The position numbers and the translations under genes are program-made. From the IMG/VR virus record IMGVR_UViG_3300048796_000014, positions 1-33,859 of that record: 33,859 nt of DNA. The stretch is one strand, 5' to 3'. The notes under the pieces were generated by a model, which did not search any database, had not been told where the DNA came from, and saw nothing but the letters and a program-made list of their open reading frames with translations. This DNA is from a virus (lineage: Duplodnaviria > Caudoviricetes). Positions 17,301 through 25,837 of this stretch are shown here, piece by piece (position 1 is the stretch's first letter; each line of letters begins with the position of its first letter).

Positions 17301-18076
17301 CAGTACCAGACACTCTCACCAATAGCATCAAGAAGGTCACGGCTGCCCTTGAAGATGTCCACAAGACTGCACCGTCACTGGGTGATGACCTCAAGAGTTT
17401 GAAGGACTCCGGTGAAGGGCTCTTCAGCAGTCTAACAAGCAGCATGGGTGGGGCTGTCCAAGCCTTTGAGTCTGGTCAGAAGTCACTGGGCGCTGCCGTG
17501 AAGGAGCAAGTGCAGAGCACACTAGAAGCCTACAGTGCTCAGATGGCTGTGCAAGCTCTGATAAATACTGCCGAAGGCTTTGCATCGCTGGCCATGGGTG
17601 ACCCCGTTTCCGCTGGGCTCTACTTCCAAGCGGCTGGTATTGACGCTGCTGCTGCCATTGCTGCTGGTGCTGCTGGGATGGCCATGGGCTCATCCGGCAG
17701 TGCAGGTGGTGGGTCTGGCAGTCCGTCTCTGGGCTCTGTGAGCGGCACTACTCAGGCAACGGTGACACCTACTAATACCGTCAACGTGGCACGGTTTGGC
17801 TCTGGTGGTCTAGTGACCGGACGGACACTGGCCATGATTGGTGATAGCAAGAGCAATCCGTCACAGGATGCCACTGAAGCCGTGCTGCCACTGGATGACC
17901 CACAGAGCATGGCCAAGCTACGTGCTGGGCTTGGTGGGTCTGGCATCACCATGGTGGTCCAAGGTCTTATCAGTCCTGATAATCTAGGTAAGGTGATGGA
18001 CCAGATGAGTGCCCGTGTACAGGCTGGCCAGAAGCTGGTGGCATCTCATGCCAACAGAGTGCTGAAGAAGAGCTAG
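14390..18076 (+). CDS. Tape measure protein
   Basis: 1228 aa, Ala-rich and helical. TP901-type core (YQALSAG, MNAYGL, LADSLGRVLPVA, PSATAKKAM, LFGNIRA) and C-terminal FGSGGLVTG..LAMIGD..EAVLPL. Confidence 0.95.
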   Translation: MADTPGIGAGINVGDAVLTFLGDTTDLERAWSEMEENSTAAATRTVNEVMRQYDRLGIEGSARLNKHAVEAQAAFEKIRDSGVASMTDLMQAEQAMLESQVALKASLGEAIPLAVTERIESLKLQYIGLTGSVAQFEAAQIKSAAVVAEASIATDRNTIALQREKTATLEEVAAMEKLWAAQNRVSENRAAARGGGAATQKSGGTVIAGAEEADEGAAVSESAAGAETAEGGALGGGLAALGTTATTLALYAGVAAVAGALAEGVKQALSFDAAFTEVTTVITEDTPNAVEVIGMLKKQLEALPPTLGNITELTHGVYQALSAGIPAAEAVELVGKAALFARASLMDQETAVKLITASMNAYGLTAQDVDHVTSALMATIQQGVLRGPELADSLGRVLPVAANLKVSLSDVLGAATALTKGGLSADESMTALRQVMQSIEKPSATAKKAMAELHLSFADIREEIVTKGLGAGLADLGTHIKDNTELTTELFGNIRALTGILALNGPQQKSYAEATAAITKAYNDANLAQIEFNKITASTSGQLKTLGNTISNETAVAFGKLAPIMLSFAPSLKTLIVDSGVLRLTLSALAALLLTIATTLSITAIAVDGLKDAFYRLAIGVVTAGGYIHGLGTITESAKESLAKLHDGLDKNTDSLNSNRQSLKDSLQAFDGLVRGSNEATDSQKAFEAAQLKLAKANDEVTAATKKANDAISEQATAASDAAEKNKLLEAAAKKTTAAMEKYASAHGIELVKQLQDDVTAARQFAEQMTASHQPTATQTAAIINLNIQLSKLKSLLGDKRSIAETLMGKPEEIKEISTQLTTEIKDPMVDAFNAVLAAEQRLGIQGSASLAKHVSDLEQDMKVMIGAFLNGTITLDELHSAEATLKAANDALAASFNSTAKAASVAAAEEKTAGIEGTQILTQKRNAAQAAYEAIVKEQKAGLESANAVNQAELKALNAQKALLVSLGKPVPDTLTNSIKKVTAALEDVHKTAPSLGDDLKSLKDSGEGLFSSLTSSMGGAVQAFESGQKSLGAAVKEQVQSTLEAYSAQMAVQALINTAEGFASLAMGDPVSAGLYFQAAGIDAAAAIAAGAAGMAMGSSGSAGGGSGSPSLGSVSGTTQATVTPTNTVNVARFGSGGLVTGRTLAMIGDSKSNPSQDATEAVLPLDDPQSMAKLRAGLGGSGITMVVQGLISPDNLGKVMDQMSARVQAGQKLVASHANRVLKKS

Positions 18077-18087
18077 GAGAAGCAACC

Positions 18088-18537
18088 ATGGATGTGCAAT
18101 CACCAGCCGGGTGCATACTGCCCCAGATAACTTACACGCCAGTCTTCGGCAGCTCATTCTCTGCTGCTCTTCAGGCTGTGAGTGGTCAGCCCCAGACTCT
18201 CAGCTTCGTATTCCCCCCTACGTCCAAGCCACGCTTCAGCCAGCAAGCCACACGTAACGATGTCTTCAGCACTGCTGGCAACCGACAGACAGTAGTGCAG
18301 CGCATCAATCAGACCTTCCCCATCACGATGAGCAATATTCTGGATGGTGCTGATGCAGATGCGTGGAATCAATTTCTGGCATGGGCTCTCACGGGTGGTG
18401 AGTTTGTTTATTTCCCCGATGCCACCAACCCGGACAACTCAGACACATGCTTCATGGTGGACACCACTGCTCAATTAGTCTTTGTGTCCACTGGCATCTG
18501 GAGTCTAAGCTGCACCTTCCAAGTGGAAATCTCTTGA
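18088..18537 (+). CDS. Distal tail (Dit-like) protein
   Basis: 149 aa directly after the tape measure; beta-rich, ends with WSLSCTFQVE. Confidence 0.6.
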   Translation: MDVQSPAGCILPQITYTPVFGSSFSAALQAVSGQPQTLSFVFPPTSKPRFSQQATRNDVFSTAGNRQTVVQRINQTFPITMSNILDGADADAWNQFLAWALTGGEFVYFPDATNPDNSDTCFMVDTTAQLVFVSTGIWSLSCTFQVEIS

Positions 18538-18543
18538 CTTATG

Positions 18544-18549
18544 TAGAAT
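18544..18549 (+). promoter_or_regulatory. Putative -10 box for a leaderless HNH transcript
   Basis: TAGAAT ends 7 nt before the ATG at 18557; no SD sequence. Confidence 0.45.
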
Positions 18550-18556
18550 CATTTAC

Positions 18557-19048
18557 ATGACAAGTCAGAGTAAGTTAGATGCCAATAAGCGGTGGAGAGC
18601 AGCCAACCCAGAGAAGTACCGTGAGTCAGTGATGAGAGCACAAGCTAAGAAGAAGGCTGAAGACCCTGAAGCATGGAGAAAGCACCACCGTGAGTATCAA
18701 GCTGCAAGGAGAGCAGCCAACCCAGAGCCACACAGAAAGCATGTGAGGAATTGGAAGACCAAGCACCCAGAGAGACATGCTGCTGGAATCAGGAAACAAG
18801 TGCTGAGAAGGAAGGGGCTCACCTCAGTAGAGTTTGATGCACTGCTGAAGAAGCAGCGTGGTAGATGTGCCATCTGCCGGTGCAAGGAGCCGGGTGGTAA
18901 AGGTACGTGGAAGATTGACCACTGCCACAAGACCAATAAGGTTAGGGGTCTGCTGTGCAATGGGTGCAATACTGGTCTTGGCATGTTGCGAGACAACCCG
19001 AAGATTATCGAAGCAGCCATCCAGTACCTTGAACGGAGAGAAGCGTGA
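18557..19048 (+). CDS. Endonuclease VII-type HNH endonuclease, probably a homing endonuclease
   Basis: QRGRCAIC...IDHCHKTNKVRGLLCNGCNTGLG; basic N-terminal repeats (WRAANPEK, RRAANPEP, WKTKHPER). Confidence 0.92.
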   Translation: MTSQSKLDANKRWRAANPEKYRESVMRAQAKKKAEDPEAWRKHHREYQAARRAANPEPHRKHVRNWKTKHPERHAAGIRKQVLRRKGLTSVEFDALLKKQRGRCAICRCKEPGGKGTWKIDHCHKTNKVRGLLCNGCNTGLGMLRDNPKIIEAAIQYLERREA

Positions 19049-20913
19049 TTCCAACCACAGCAAACTTCCAAGCAGCGGCTGCCAAGCTCCCATTGCTGCC
19101 TGTCTACCGCTTCAGCATTGAAGGCTATGCACGGACCTTCGTGTACAGGAAGACCGGCAATTCAGGTGAGTACCCGTGGATAACTTCAATTGGTGACTGG
19201 GGTGTGTCTGTGAGCCCACAGGATGCCAGCTACACCATTGATGACTTGGTGGTGAGCGTCATTGACCCGGCTGCTGCTGTGACTGCTGACTTGGGACTCT
19301 ATCTGCTGGAGACAAGACGCTGCACTCTACAAATGGGCTTCGATGGACTCGCGCTGGCTGATTACACCACAATCTTCTCTGGCATCGTCAACACTGTCAC
19401 CAGCAATGCAGACGGCACATGGAGCTTCACCTGCAACGATTACAACCGGCTCAATCAGCGGCTGGTCTTCACTGAAGGAAACAGTGGCACAGTAACGGTG
19501 GCCACCACAACCTTCAATGCTACCGATGCATACACCATCATCACTGAAGTAGCCACCACCAACCCAATCACCGGAGTGGTCACCACCACAGCGGCTGCCA
19601 CCTATGCTTCTGTAGGTCCAACCGGACCCGTGGGAGTGGTTACCACTACGTCCGGTGGTACCACAACAACCGTGACCACCACTTCACGTGTCATAACCGG
19701 GCTGGGTGGTGGACCATTCACTGTGTATGAGACGGTCACAGTCATCACCGGCTTCAACACTCAGCAGACCATCACGGAGACATTCACCAACTCCAATCTG
19801 TACTGCACAGTCACAGTCACCACTGTCACTGACCAAGTGCAGAATTCCGTGACCAGCACAGTCACTGTGACTAACACCGTTGGTGGCACCGTTGGCACTG
19901 TCATCACGAATGACAATGCAACTATCAGCAGCACCAATCCATGCATCTTGAATGGGCACCCTCTGGATATGCTGCTGGAGATTTTGCAGGATGAGATTGG
20001 CTATGCAGACAGTGACATCAATCTGACTCAGATTGAAGCCTTCAGAGATACGGTCTTCACCGGGGTGGAATTCTACTTTGTAATCACCGGCTCTGTGGAT
20101 GCAAAGGACTTTATTGAGAATCAACTGCTGAAGCCGTTGGGTGGCTATCTCTTCAGCAACTACCTTGGCCAGCTCTGTGTGGGCTTCGCTCAACCGCTCT
20201 CTGGTGGACTCACAGCAGTTGGTGGCATCAACCCCACCAACCTTACCACTCTGCCAGCTCTGAATGTAGCCACGCTCATCAATGTGGTGTCCATGCGTTT
20301 TGACAAGAATGATGACGGTGTTGCGGTCAGCACCATCAACTCCACCGGGTATCTCTCTCAGGCTGACAACTTCTATATACCTTCCATTGCAGACATCACT
20401 GACCTGAGTGGCGAAGTGGCACAGGAGCTGGTGACTGGAGCCGGTGCTGTGCAAGGGCAAGTCATCATTGAATCAGATGGGATGCGCTCTGGCTTCCAAG
20501 GCTTCCTTCTGGCCAAGATGATAAGCAATGCCATCTTTGCCAAGTATGGAGCTTATAACCCCACGCTTCAGGCTGAGTGCTTCATGTCAAGGAATGGTCT
20601 GCTGATGGCTACGGAGATTGGTGAATTCCTCACTCTCACTCATCCGCTGCTGCCCAATCGCAAGGCTGGAGTCATGGGCATCACCAATCAGCTCTTCCAA
20701 GTCACTGGACGGTCCTACAGCTTCGATAGCATGATGGTCACCTTCACGCTGGAAGACGCCAGTGGTGTGGCTGCCTTCGGTGGACGGAAGATTGCACCCA
20801 CGGGTGAAGCAGCCTTCACAGCAGCCAGCAGCGGTGACCAAGCCACCTATCTCTTCATGAGCAACCCATCAGGCAAGCAGTCCACTGGTGTCACAGCCGG
20901 TACTCTAGGATAA
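19045..20913 (+). CDS. Tail hub/baseplate (Tal-like) protein with a Thr/Val-rich insertion
   Basis: GTG start overlaps the HNH stop. MGFDGL..DYTTIFSGIV, GHPLDMLLEIL, EIGEFLTLTH; follows Dit. Confidence 0.7.
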   Translation: MIPTTANFQAAAAKLPLLPVYRFSIEGYARTFVYRKTGNSGEYPWITSIGDWGVSVSPQDASYTIDDLVVSVIDPAAAVTADLGLYLLETRRCTLQMGFDGLALADYTTIFSGIVNTVTSNADGTWSFTCNDYNRLNQRLVFTEGNSGTVTVATTTFNATDAYTIITEVATTNPITGVVTTTAAATYASVGPTGPVGVVTTTSGGTTTTVTTTSRVITGLGGGPFTVYETVTVITGFNTQQTITETFTNSNLYCTVTVTTVTDQVQNSVTSTVTVTNTVGGTVGTVITNDNATISSTNPCILNGHPLDMLLEILQDEIGYADSDINLTQIEAFRDTVFTGVEFYFVITGSVDAKDFIENQLLKPLGGYLFSNYLGQLCVGFAQPLSGGLTAVGGINPTNLTTLPALNVATLINVVSMRFDKNDDGVAVSTINSTGYLSQADNFYIPSIADITDLSGEVAQELVTGAGAVQGQVIIESDGMRSGFQGFLLAKMISNAIFAKYGAYNPTLQAECFMSRNGLLMATEIGEFLTLTHPLLPNRKAGVMGITNQLFQVTGRSYSFDSMMVTFTLEDASGVAAFGGRKIAPTGEAAFTAASSGDQATYLFMSNPSGKQSTGVTAGTLG

Positions 20914-20917
20914 AGAC

Positions 20918-23900
20918 ATGGCCATAACACTTGCACAGATACCGGGCTTCGCTGATGTGGCTGACAGCAACTTCGTTGCTGGTCAGTATGCCATTGGTAT
21001 CAACTTCCAGAGGACCGTTGACAATGCGAAGTTTGGGGTAGTCCGTCCTGAAGTCTTCGTGAATCGCTACATCAACGGTGACACGGTGCAGCTCCCCACC
21101 AGCCCGGTTGATGGGTACACCTACAGCCGTGAAGAGCTGACCTATGTGTACCACTATGCTCTGACAGGTGGCACCAGCACAGCTAACAACGGAGCACCCA
21201 CGGCTGCCGGTGCCATCCGGTATATGGCTCCCTATGTCAATCAGCTCACGGGAGCCGTGACCACGGCAGTTGAATACTTGGTGGCCAATGGCTCTGGTCC
21301 AACCGTGACCACCGATGGCACCATTGAAGTCTTCACGATTGCCACCCGAAGGCTCACCAGTCTTGTGGTTGCTGCTCCACCCACGTACACCCCGGTGCTG
21401 GATTCAGAGCTGGCCACGGATGATGCTGTGACCCAGAGCATCATGCAGCGCATCAATAAGAATGCTAAGTTTGCCGCTCTCAGAGCTGAGATTCTGTACA
21501 TGGGTGAATTCACCGATGGTGAGACTGTGCCTCAGCCGGTCAGTACGGGTGATGGCTACGTGTACAGCTACGCTGAAGTAATCCTTCAGGCTTGCTGGAG
21601 ATGGACCACTCAGGGTGACCAGCTAGTGGACCCCACCAATGGGAATTACAAGCAGCTCAGTGGCATAGTCTGGTCCATCAATCCTGCCACGGGTGCTGTG
21701 ACCATACAGGTGGACTACTACAACTCAGGTGTCTACACAACTAACAACGGACGTATTGCAGTCTTTGCCTTCTGCCAGCGAGCGGTGACCATCGGTGCAG
21801 GTGTGGTTGACTTCGTGGACCTGTCTGCTGACTTCCTTGCCAGTGGCAGACCTTGCCGTGAAGACGTGATGGCAAGACAGGTTGAGAATATCCGGTATGC
21901 CATGGTCAGACGTGAATTCTTTCAGTCCAACCATGTCAACGGAGACACCGTGGCTCTTCCAGTCAGCCCGGTGGATGGCTATGCCTACAGCCGTGATGAG
22001 CTGACCTACATCTATGACTTCAATGACACCAGAGTAGGCCAGACTGACATCCGTATGCAGTCATGGGTCTGCACCATTGACCAGTCCACTGGACTTGTCA
22101 CCAATCTCATCGTCCGGGTGCATGACGGTGGTGCCCTTGTAACTAACTACAGTGGGCAGGTGAGTGTGCTGGTAGTTGCCAGACGCAATCATGCTGGTAA
22201 CTCACCCACGGACCTTCAGTACACACTTGGTGGGTCTGGTGGCACTGATGTATCAGCCTTGCAAAATGGTGGCTTCGATACATGGCCCAACCCGGCTGGA
22301 GACGTGGCTGCTGAATGGGCTCTGGGCACACAGAGTGGGTCTGGCTATGGTGCCCAGTCTGCTGGCATTGCAAGTGGCTACAGCCAGCGGCTGGGAGCTG
22401 GAGCGAGTGCTGGCACCTTCAGTGTCAAGAGCAGCAGCATTGGTGTGACACCCGGTGACCTTCGCTTCATGAGCTGGGATGAGCAGCCCAGCGGTGGTGG
22501 CTCTCCCACTAGCAGTGCCATCTCAAGTATCAGCACCACGGACTACTACACCCCATCCCGCTCACATGTCTTTGGGGCACCACCACCCACTCCGTATTAC
22601 CGGACCTTCACCGTTGACTATGTGACGCCAATTGCCATGAGTATTGGTGACACAATCCCCATTGCTGGCAACACCGTGGCTGCCTTCAACGGCACATGGA
22701 CTGTCTCTGCTGTGAATAGCTCCACTGAAGTTGTGGTGTCATCCATCAACTACACAGCAGCCACGGGCACGGGTGGCACCATTACTCATAACCCACCGGC
22801 ATATGGAGTGGGCACCATCAGCGTCATCCTGCACTTCTTGGACCCGATTGGCGATGAATGCACCTGCACCGTCATGGTGGAGACTCCTGCCAGCAGCGTG
22901 AATGAGCGGACGGCTTGGATTCAAATACCTGCCAAGGGTGATGTCAATGTGACTACCAGCCTTGGTCAAATACCAATCACCGGCACTCTGGATTTCATAC
23001 CTTCGGTGGTTAGAATCGAATTCCTGTATACAGGCACCGGCACTGCTGCATACGTGGACCTTGATGAAATCACTTTCATCAGCCAGCTCAACCCAAGCAT
23101 CGGTCAGATAGCACAGCGTGGCAGTGACTCGCTGGCTTTCTTCCCTGCCATTGGCTTCACCGTGGATGATGCCACCTTCACGCCAGACCTGAATTTTTAT
23201 ATCAACCGGGCTGATGGTACGGTGACCACGGTGAATGGTGGCACTCCGGTTGTATCGGGTCTGGCAGGCAGCACCACTTACTTCTGGTATCCCTACCTGA
23301 ATGAGCTGACCGGCAACATTGGCAGTGTTGGTGACAGTGCTGAGATACCCACAGCCGGTGTTGGCACTCCCCCATGGTTGCAGTCCACAGCCACACGCGC
23401 TGCCTATGCTTCATGGTTTGGTATCTCTCACCTGCCTCTGGCTGCTGCTCCCATCCAAGTCATCACCGCTGCACCGGCTGCTCCACCGTCTGGTGGGTCC
23501 GGTGGTGGTGGTGGTACATGTCTCAAGAGCACAATGTGGGTCCGTGCAAAGCGTGGCTTCATCCAGATGAAGGATGTGCTGCCGGGTGACTTCCTGCTGG
23601 GTGAGAATGGGTCATGGCTGGAAGTGACTGCCACTGGACACCGGGCTTGGTCCAAGTGGTGCTTCTTCAAGTTCAATCACGGTGGTGGCATCGAAGTCAC
23701 TAGCCACCATGTCATGGACACGCTGCCGGACGATGAGAGCACTGCCGATGATGAGAGCTTCAGGCTGGTGCGAGCATCGGACATGACCGTGAGCACTCAG
23801 GTGCCCTGTGAGAGTGGCGTCTGTCACCCGGTCACTATCCTCTATGAAGAGCATGAGGCAGAGCTGGTGAGCTTGCTGCTGCAACACCCTCACCGCTTCT

Positions 23901-23989
23901 ATGCCACGGACCAGCTCAACACCCCAATGACCTTGATGACTGCACGGATGTCCAGTGTGCAGTGTGGCTGCAAAGGAGCAAAACAATGA
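20918..23989 (+). CDS. Tail tip/central fibre protein with three N-terminal repeats, CBM-like and FN3-like regions and a C-terminal Hint domain
   Basis: Three copies of GdTV.lP.SpvDGY.YS..E; LQNGGFD...YVDLDEITF; SGLAGSTTYFWY; Gly linker, then CLKSTMWV, GDFL, IEVTSHH and HRFYA. Confidence 0.8.
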   Translation: MAITLAQIPGFADVADSNFVAGQYAIGINFQRTVDNAKFGVVRPEVFVNRYINGDTVQLPTSPVDGYTYSREELTYVYHYALTGGTSTANNGAPTAAGAIRYMAPYVNQLTGAVTTAVEYLVANGSGPTVTTDGTIEVFTIATRRLTSLVVAAPPTYTPVLDSELATDDAVTQSIMQRINKNAKFAALRAEILYMGEFTDGETVPQPVSTGDGYVYSYAEVILQACWRWTTQGDQLVDPTNGNYKQLSGIVWSINPATGAVTIQVDYYNSGVYTTNNGRIAVFAFCQRAVTIGAGVVDFVDLSADFLASGRPCREDVMARQVENIRYAMVRREFFQSNHVNGDTVALPVSPVDGYAYSRDELTYIYDFNDTRVGQTDIRMQSWVCTIDQSTGLVTNLIVRVHDGGALVTNYSGQVSVLVVARRNHAGNSPTDLQYTLGGSGGTDVSALQNGGFDTWPNPAGDVAAEWALGTQSGSGYGAQSAGIASGYSQRLGAGASAGTFSVKSSSIGVTPGDLRFMSWDEQPSGGGSPTSSAISSISTTDYYTPSRSHVFGAPPPTPYYRTFTVDYVTPIAMSIGDTIPIAGNTVAAFNGTWTVSAVNSSTEVVVSSINYTAATGTGGTITHNPPAYGVGTISVILHFLDPIGDECTCTVMVETPASSVNERTAWIQIPAKGDVNVTTSLGQIPITGTLDFIPSVVRIEFLYTGTGTAAYVDLDEITFISQLNPSIGQIAQRGSDSLAFFPAIGFTVDDATFTPDLNFYINRADGTVTTVNGGTPVVSGLAGSTTYFWYPYLNELTGNIGSVGDSAEIPTAGVGTPPWLQSTATRAAYASWFGISHLPLAAAPIQVITAAPAAPPSGGSGGGGGTCLKSTMWVRAKRGFIQMKDVLPGDFLLGENGSWLEVTATGHRAWSKWCFFKFNHGGGIEVTSHHVMDTLPDDESTADDESFRLVRASDMTVSTQVPCESGVCHPVTILYEEHEAELVSLLLQHPHRFYATDQLNTPMTLMTARMSSVQCGCKGAKQ

Positions 23990-24405
23990 GACGGCTTTAT
24001 GTGGTCCACATGGATGTACTCAAGCAGCATGTCAACGGCTTCAGCAAAGAGCTGACCACCTACTGGATGGGTCTGGCTGATAACACCAAGACCGGATGGA
24101 AGGAGTCATGGATGAGTGCCGGACAGCCGGTGGTTGTCACCACGGAGATACCGGGTGAGGCAGAAGCTATCCGCTGGGAAGACCATCCAGCCGTGACTGT
24201 GCTTCCACATCCCACCTATGAAGGCACTATGCCGATGAGAGACGTGATGGGCCACCAGAGCAACCATGGCAACACTGTGGACGGCATCACCCTGCTCACG
24301 GCTCCAGCCAACTTGGGAGTCACGTCCGGGCACACGGTGGTGGATGTCCACCGGCAGCTCTCACGCTTCCATGCTGCCTTCCGGCTGAGAATGGGTGCAA
24401 AGTAG
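23986..24405 (+). CDS. Hypothetical protein, 139 aa, coupled to the tail-tip gene
   Basis: AAGGAG RBS and ATGA overlap at 23986-23989. Confidence 0.75.
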   Translation: MRRLYVVHMDVLKQHVNGFSKELTTYWMGLADNTKTGWKESWMSAGQPVVVTTEIPGEAEAIRWEDHPAVTVLPHPTYEGTMPMRDVMGHQSNHGNTVDGITLLTAPANLGVTSGHTVVDVHRQLSRFHAAFRLRMGAK

Positions 24406-24520
24406 GGTCATACCGGCTCACTTTCTCCTATGTACGGCTTTAGCAGACCCATGCAGGTGCTCGCTGTGGCTCTGAGCTGGTGGGGTAGTATCCCTGAATT
24501 GCACCTTGGGGCTCCTACAG

Positions 24521-24604
24521 CATAAAGCAGTCAAGACAAGACTGCTAATAAACAATAGAGCCCAAACGAAGACCCCGGCAACCATTGAAGGTCCACCGGG
24601 GTCT
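24521..24604 (-). terminator. Two hairpins in the convergent gap, probably terminators
   Basis: AGCAGTC/GACTGCT (24526-24546) with A-rich flanks, and AGACCCCGG/CCGGGGTCT (24570-24604) followed on the minus strand by TCGTTT. Confidence 0.5.
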
Positions 24605-24667
24605 GGCCACATCACTCTTCCCAAGGAGTGTGGGCAGACTACACAAGTGCCTATCGCTTTGCAAGCC

Positions 24668-25327
24668 TTAGAAGAGCGGTGGTGAATGACTGGTAATCTC
24701 CTTGAGTGTCGCCCATGTTGCACCCCAGAAGCCCAGCTTCACCTTCTCCGGGTTGGTGATGTGGTGGACCTTCACCTGTACATCCGTGACTGCCATCTCT
24801 ACGTGAGCGGTGGTGCCGTCCACATGCACAGCAGAGCTGGCTAGAGAAGCCGTGGCTGCATCCACGTGGGTCATAGTGTCCTTCAGCTCTGGAGCCGTCA
24901 CCAGAGCATCCAGATGCTTCACGCTGGTGTCTGTGTCATCCAGCACTGGGAGAGCCCCAGCGGTGAGCTGCTTCACGCTGGTGTTGAGAGTCGCAGTGGT
25001 CTTGTCTACGTTGCTGAGTGTGGTTGTCACCTGCCGATTCCAGACCGGCAGCATCTTCAGCTCCAGCTTCTCCACCTTGTCAGCATCGTTGATGGCCATG
25101 TTGCCACCGGCTGCAAGGCTCTGGGTGACGTTCATGGTCTGGTCAATCTTGGCCAAGGTTCCACACGGACCCGGCTTGCAGGGATGGTTGACAGTGTTGA
25201 GAGCTGAGTTGAGCTGGGTGGTGATGCCAGTCACGTCCACGGCTCTCACCTTCTTGTCCACATCACCGATGAGGATTGAGAGCATGACCAGCGCGAGACA
25301 GGCACAAGCGTGAGTAACATACTTCAT
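24668..25327 (-). CDS. Membrane-anchored helical protein, spanin-like candidate
   Basis: AGGAG RBS, ATG at 25327, N-terminal TM segment, CKPGPC, long Thr/Val/Leu heptads, aromatic amphipathic C-terminus. Last gene of the lysis block. Confidence 0.6.
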   Translation of the reverse strand: MKYVTHACACLALVMLSILIGDVDKKVRAVDVTGITTQLNSALNTVNHPCKPGPCGTLAKIDQTMNVTQSLAAGGNMAINDADKVEKLELKMLPVWNRQVTTTLSNVDKTTATLNTSVKQLTAGALPVLDDTDTSVKHLDALVTAPELKDTMTHVDAATASLASSAVHVDGTTAHVEMAVTDVQVKVHHITNPEKVKLGFWGATWATLKEITSHSPPLF

Positions 25328-25340
25328 GATGTGGACTCCT

Positions 25341-25373
25341 AAAAATAGGCTGGTCACCCGAAGATGACCAGCC
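25341..25373 (-). terminator. Intrinsic terminator inside the lysis block
   Basis: Minus strand GGCTGGTCATC-TTCG-GGTGACCAGCC followed by TATTTTT. Confidence 0.85.
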
Positions 25374-25397
25374 AAATCTGCCTTGGTTGATACTTCC

Positions 25398-25784
25398 TTA
25401 TGATGCGTGAGCAACGGCGATGGCGTCAACTTCCGCTGCAATGAGATTGGTGACATTGCCAATCTTGGAAGCCAGTGCCGTGTCCTTCACCTGTGCAGCG
25501 GACACCAGAGCCGTGAGATTGGCCTTGATGGATGCGGTGATGGTCTGCACGTTAGCAGCCGGACCCACACCCTTGATGGTGACAGCGAGTGCAGAGAAGC
25601 CGGTCTTCACCTTGTCCAGAATCGGATTGATGACGGGTGCCAGCTCCGGTGTCACCATCGTGTCCAGCTCTTCCACGAAGGGCACGATGTAGTTGATGGT
25701 GGATGCCGCTGCCACTTCCACAGCCGGTGCCTTCTTCCACATTGATTCAATGGCTGACTTCAGTTTGCCGAAAAATGTTTCCAT
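25398..25784 (-). CDS. Amphipathic helical hypothetical protein, 128 aa
   Basis: AAGGAG RBS; METFFGKLKSAIESMWKK amphipathic helix; Ala/Val/Ile-rich. Confidence 0.8.
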   Translation of the reverse strand: METFFGKLKSAIESMWKKAPAVEVAAASTINYIVPFVEELDTMVTPELAPVINPILDKVKTGFSALAVTIKGVGPAANVQTITASIKANLTALVSAAQVKDTALASKIGNVTNLIAAEVDAIAVAHAS

Positions 25785-25837
25785 ACTGTTTGGTGCTCCT
25801 TGGTTGGTACTGAGATACCCCGGTGGATTGGGGCTTA

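Noticed and set aside
23519-23989. Canonical intein, or a frameshift hiding the His-Asn end
   Set aside because: No His-Asn was seen in the alternative frames near the 3' end, and there is essentially no C-extein.
20918-24405. Diversity-generating retroelement targeting the tail tip
   Set aside because: No reverse transcriptase and no TR/VR pair differing at adenines was seen in this window.
24418-24723. Minus-strand ORF with a hydrophobic stretch and CC, as a possible o-spanin
   Set aside because: No valid lipobox or basic n-region, and it runs through terminator-like hairpins. Not fully excluded.
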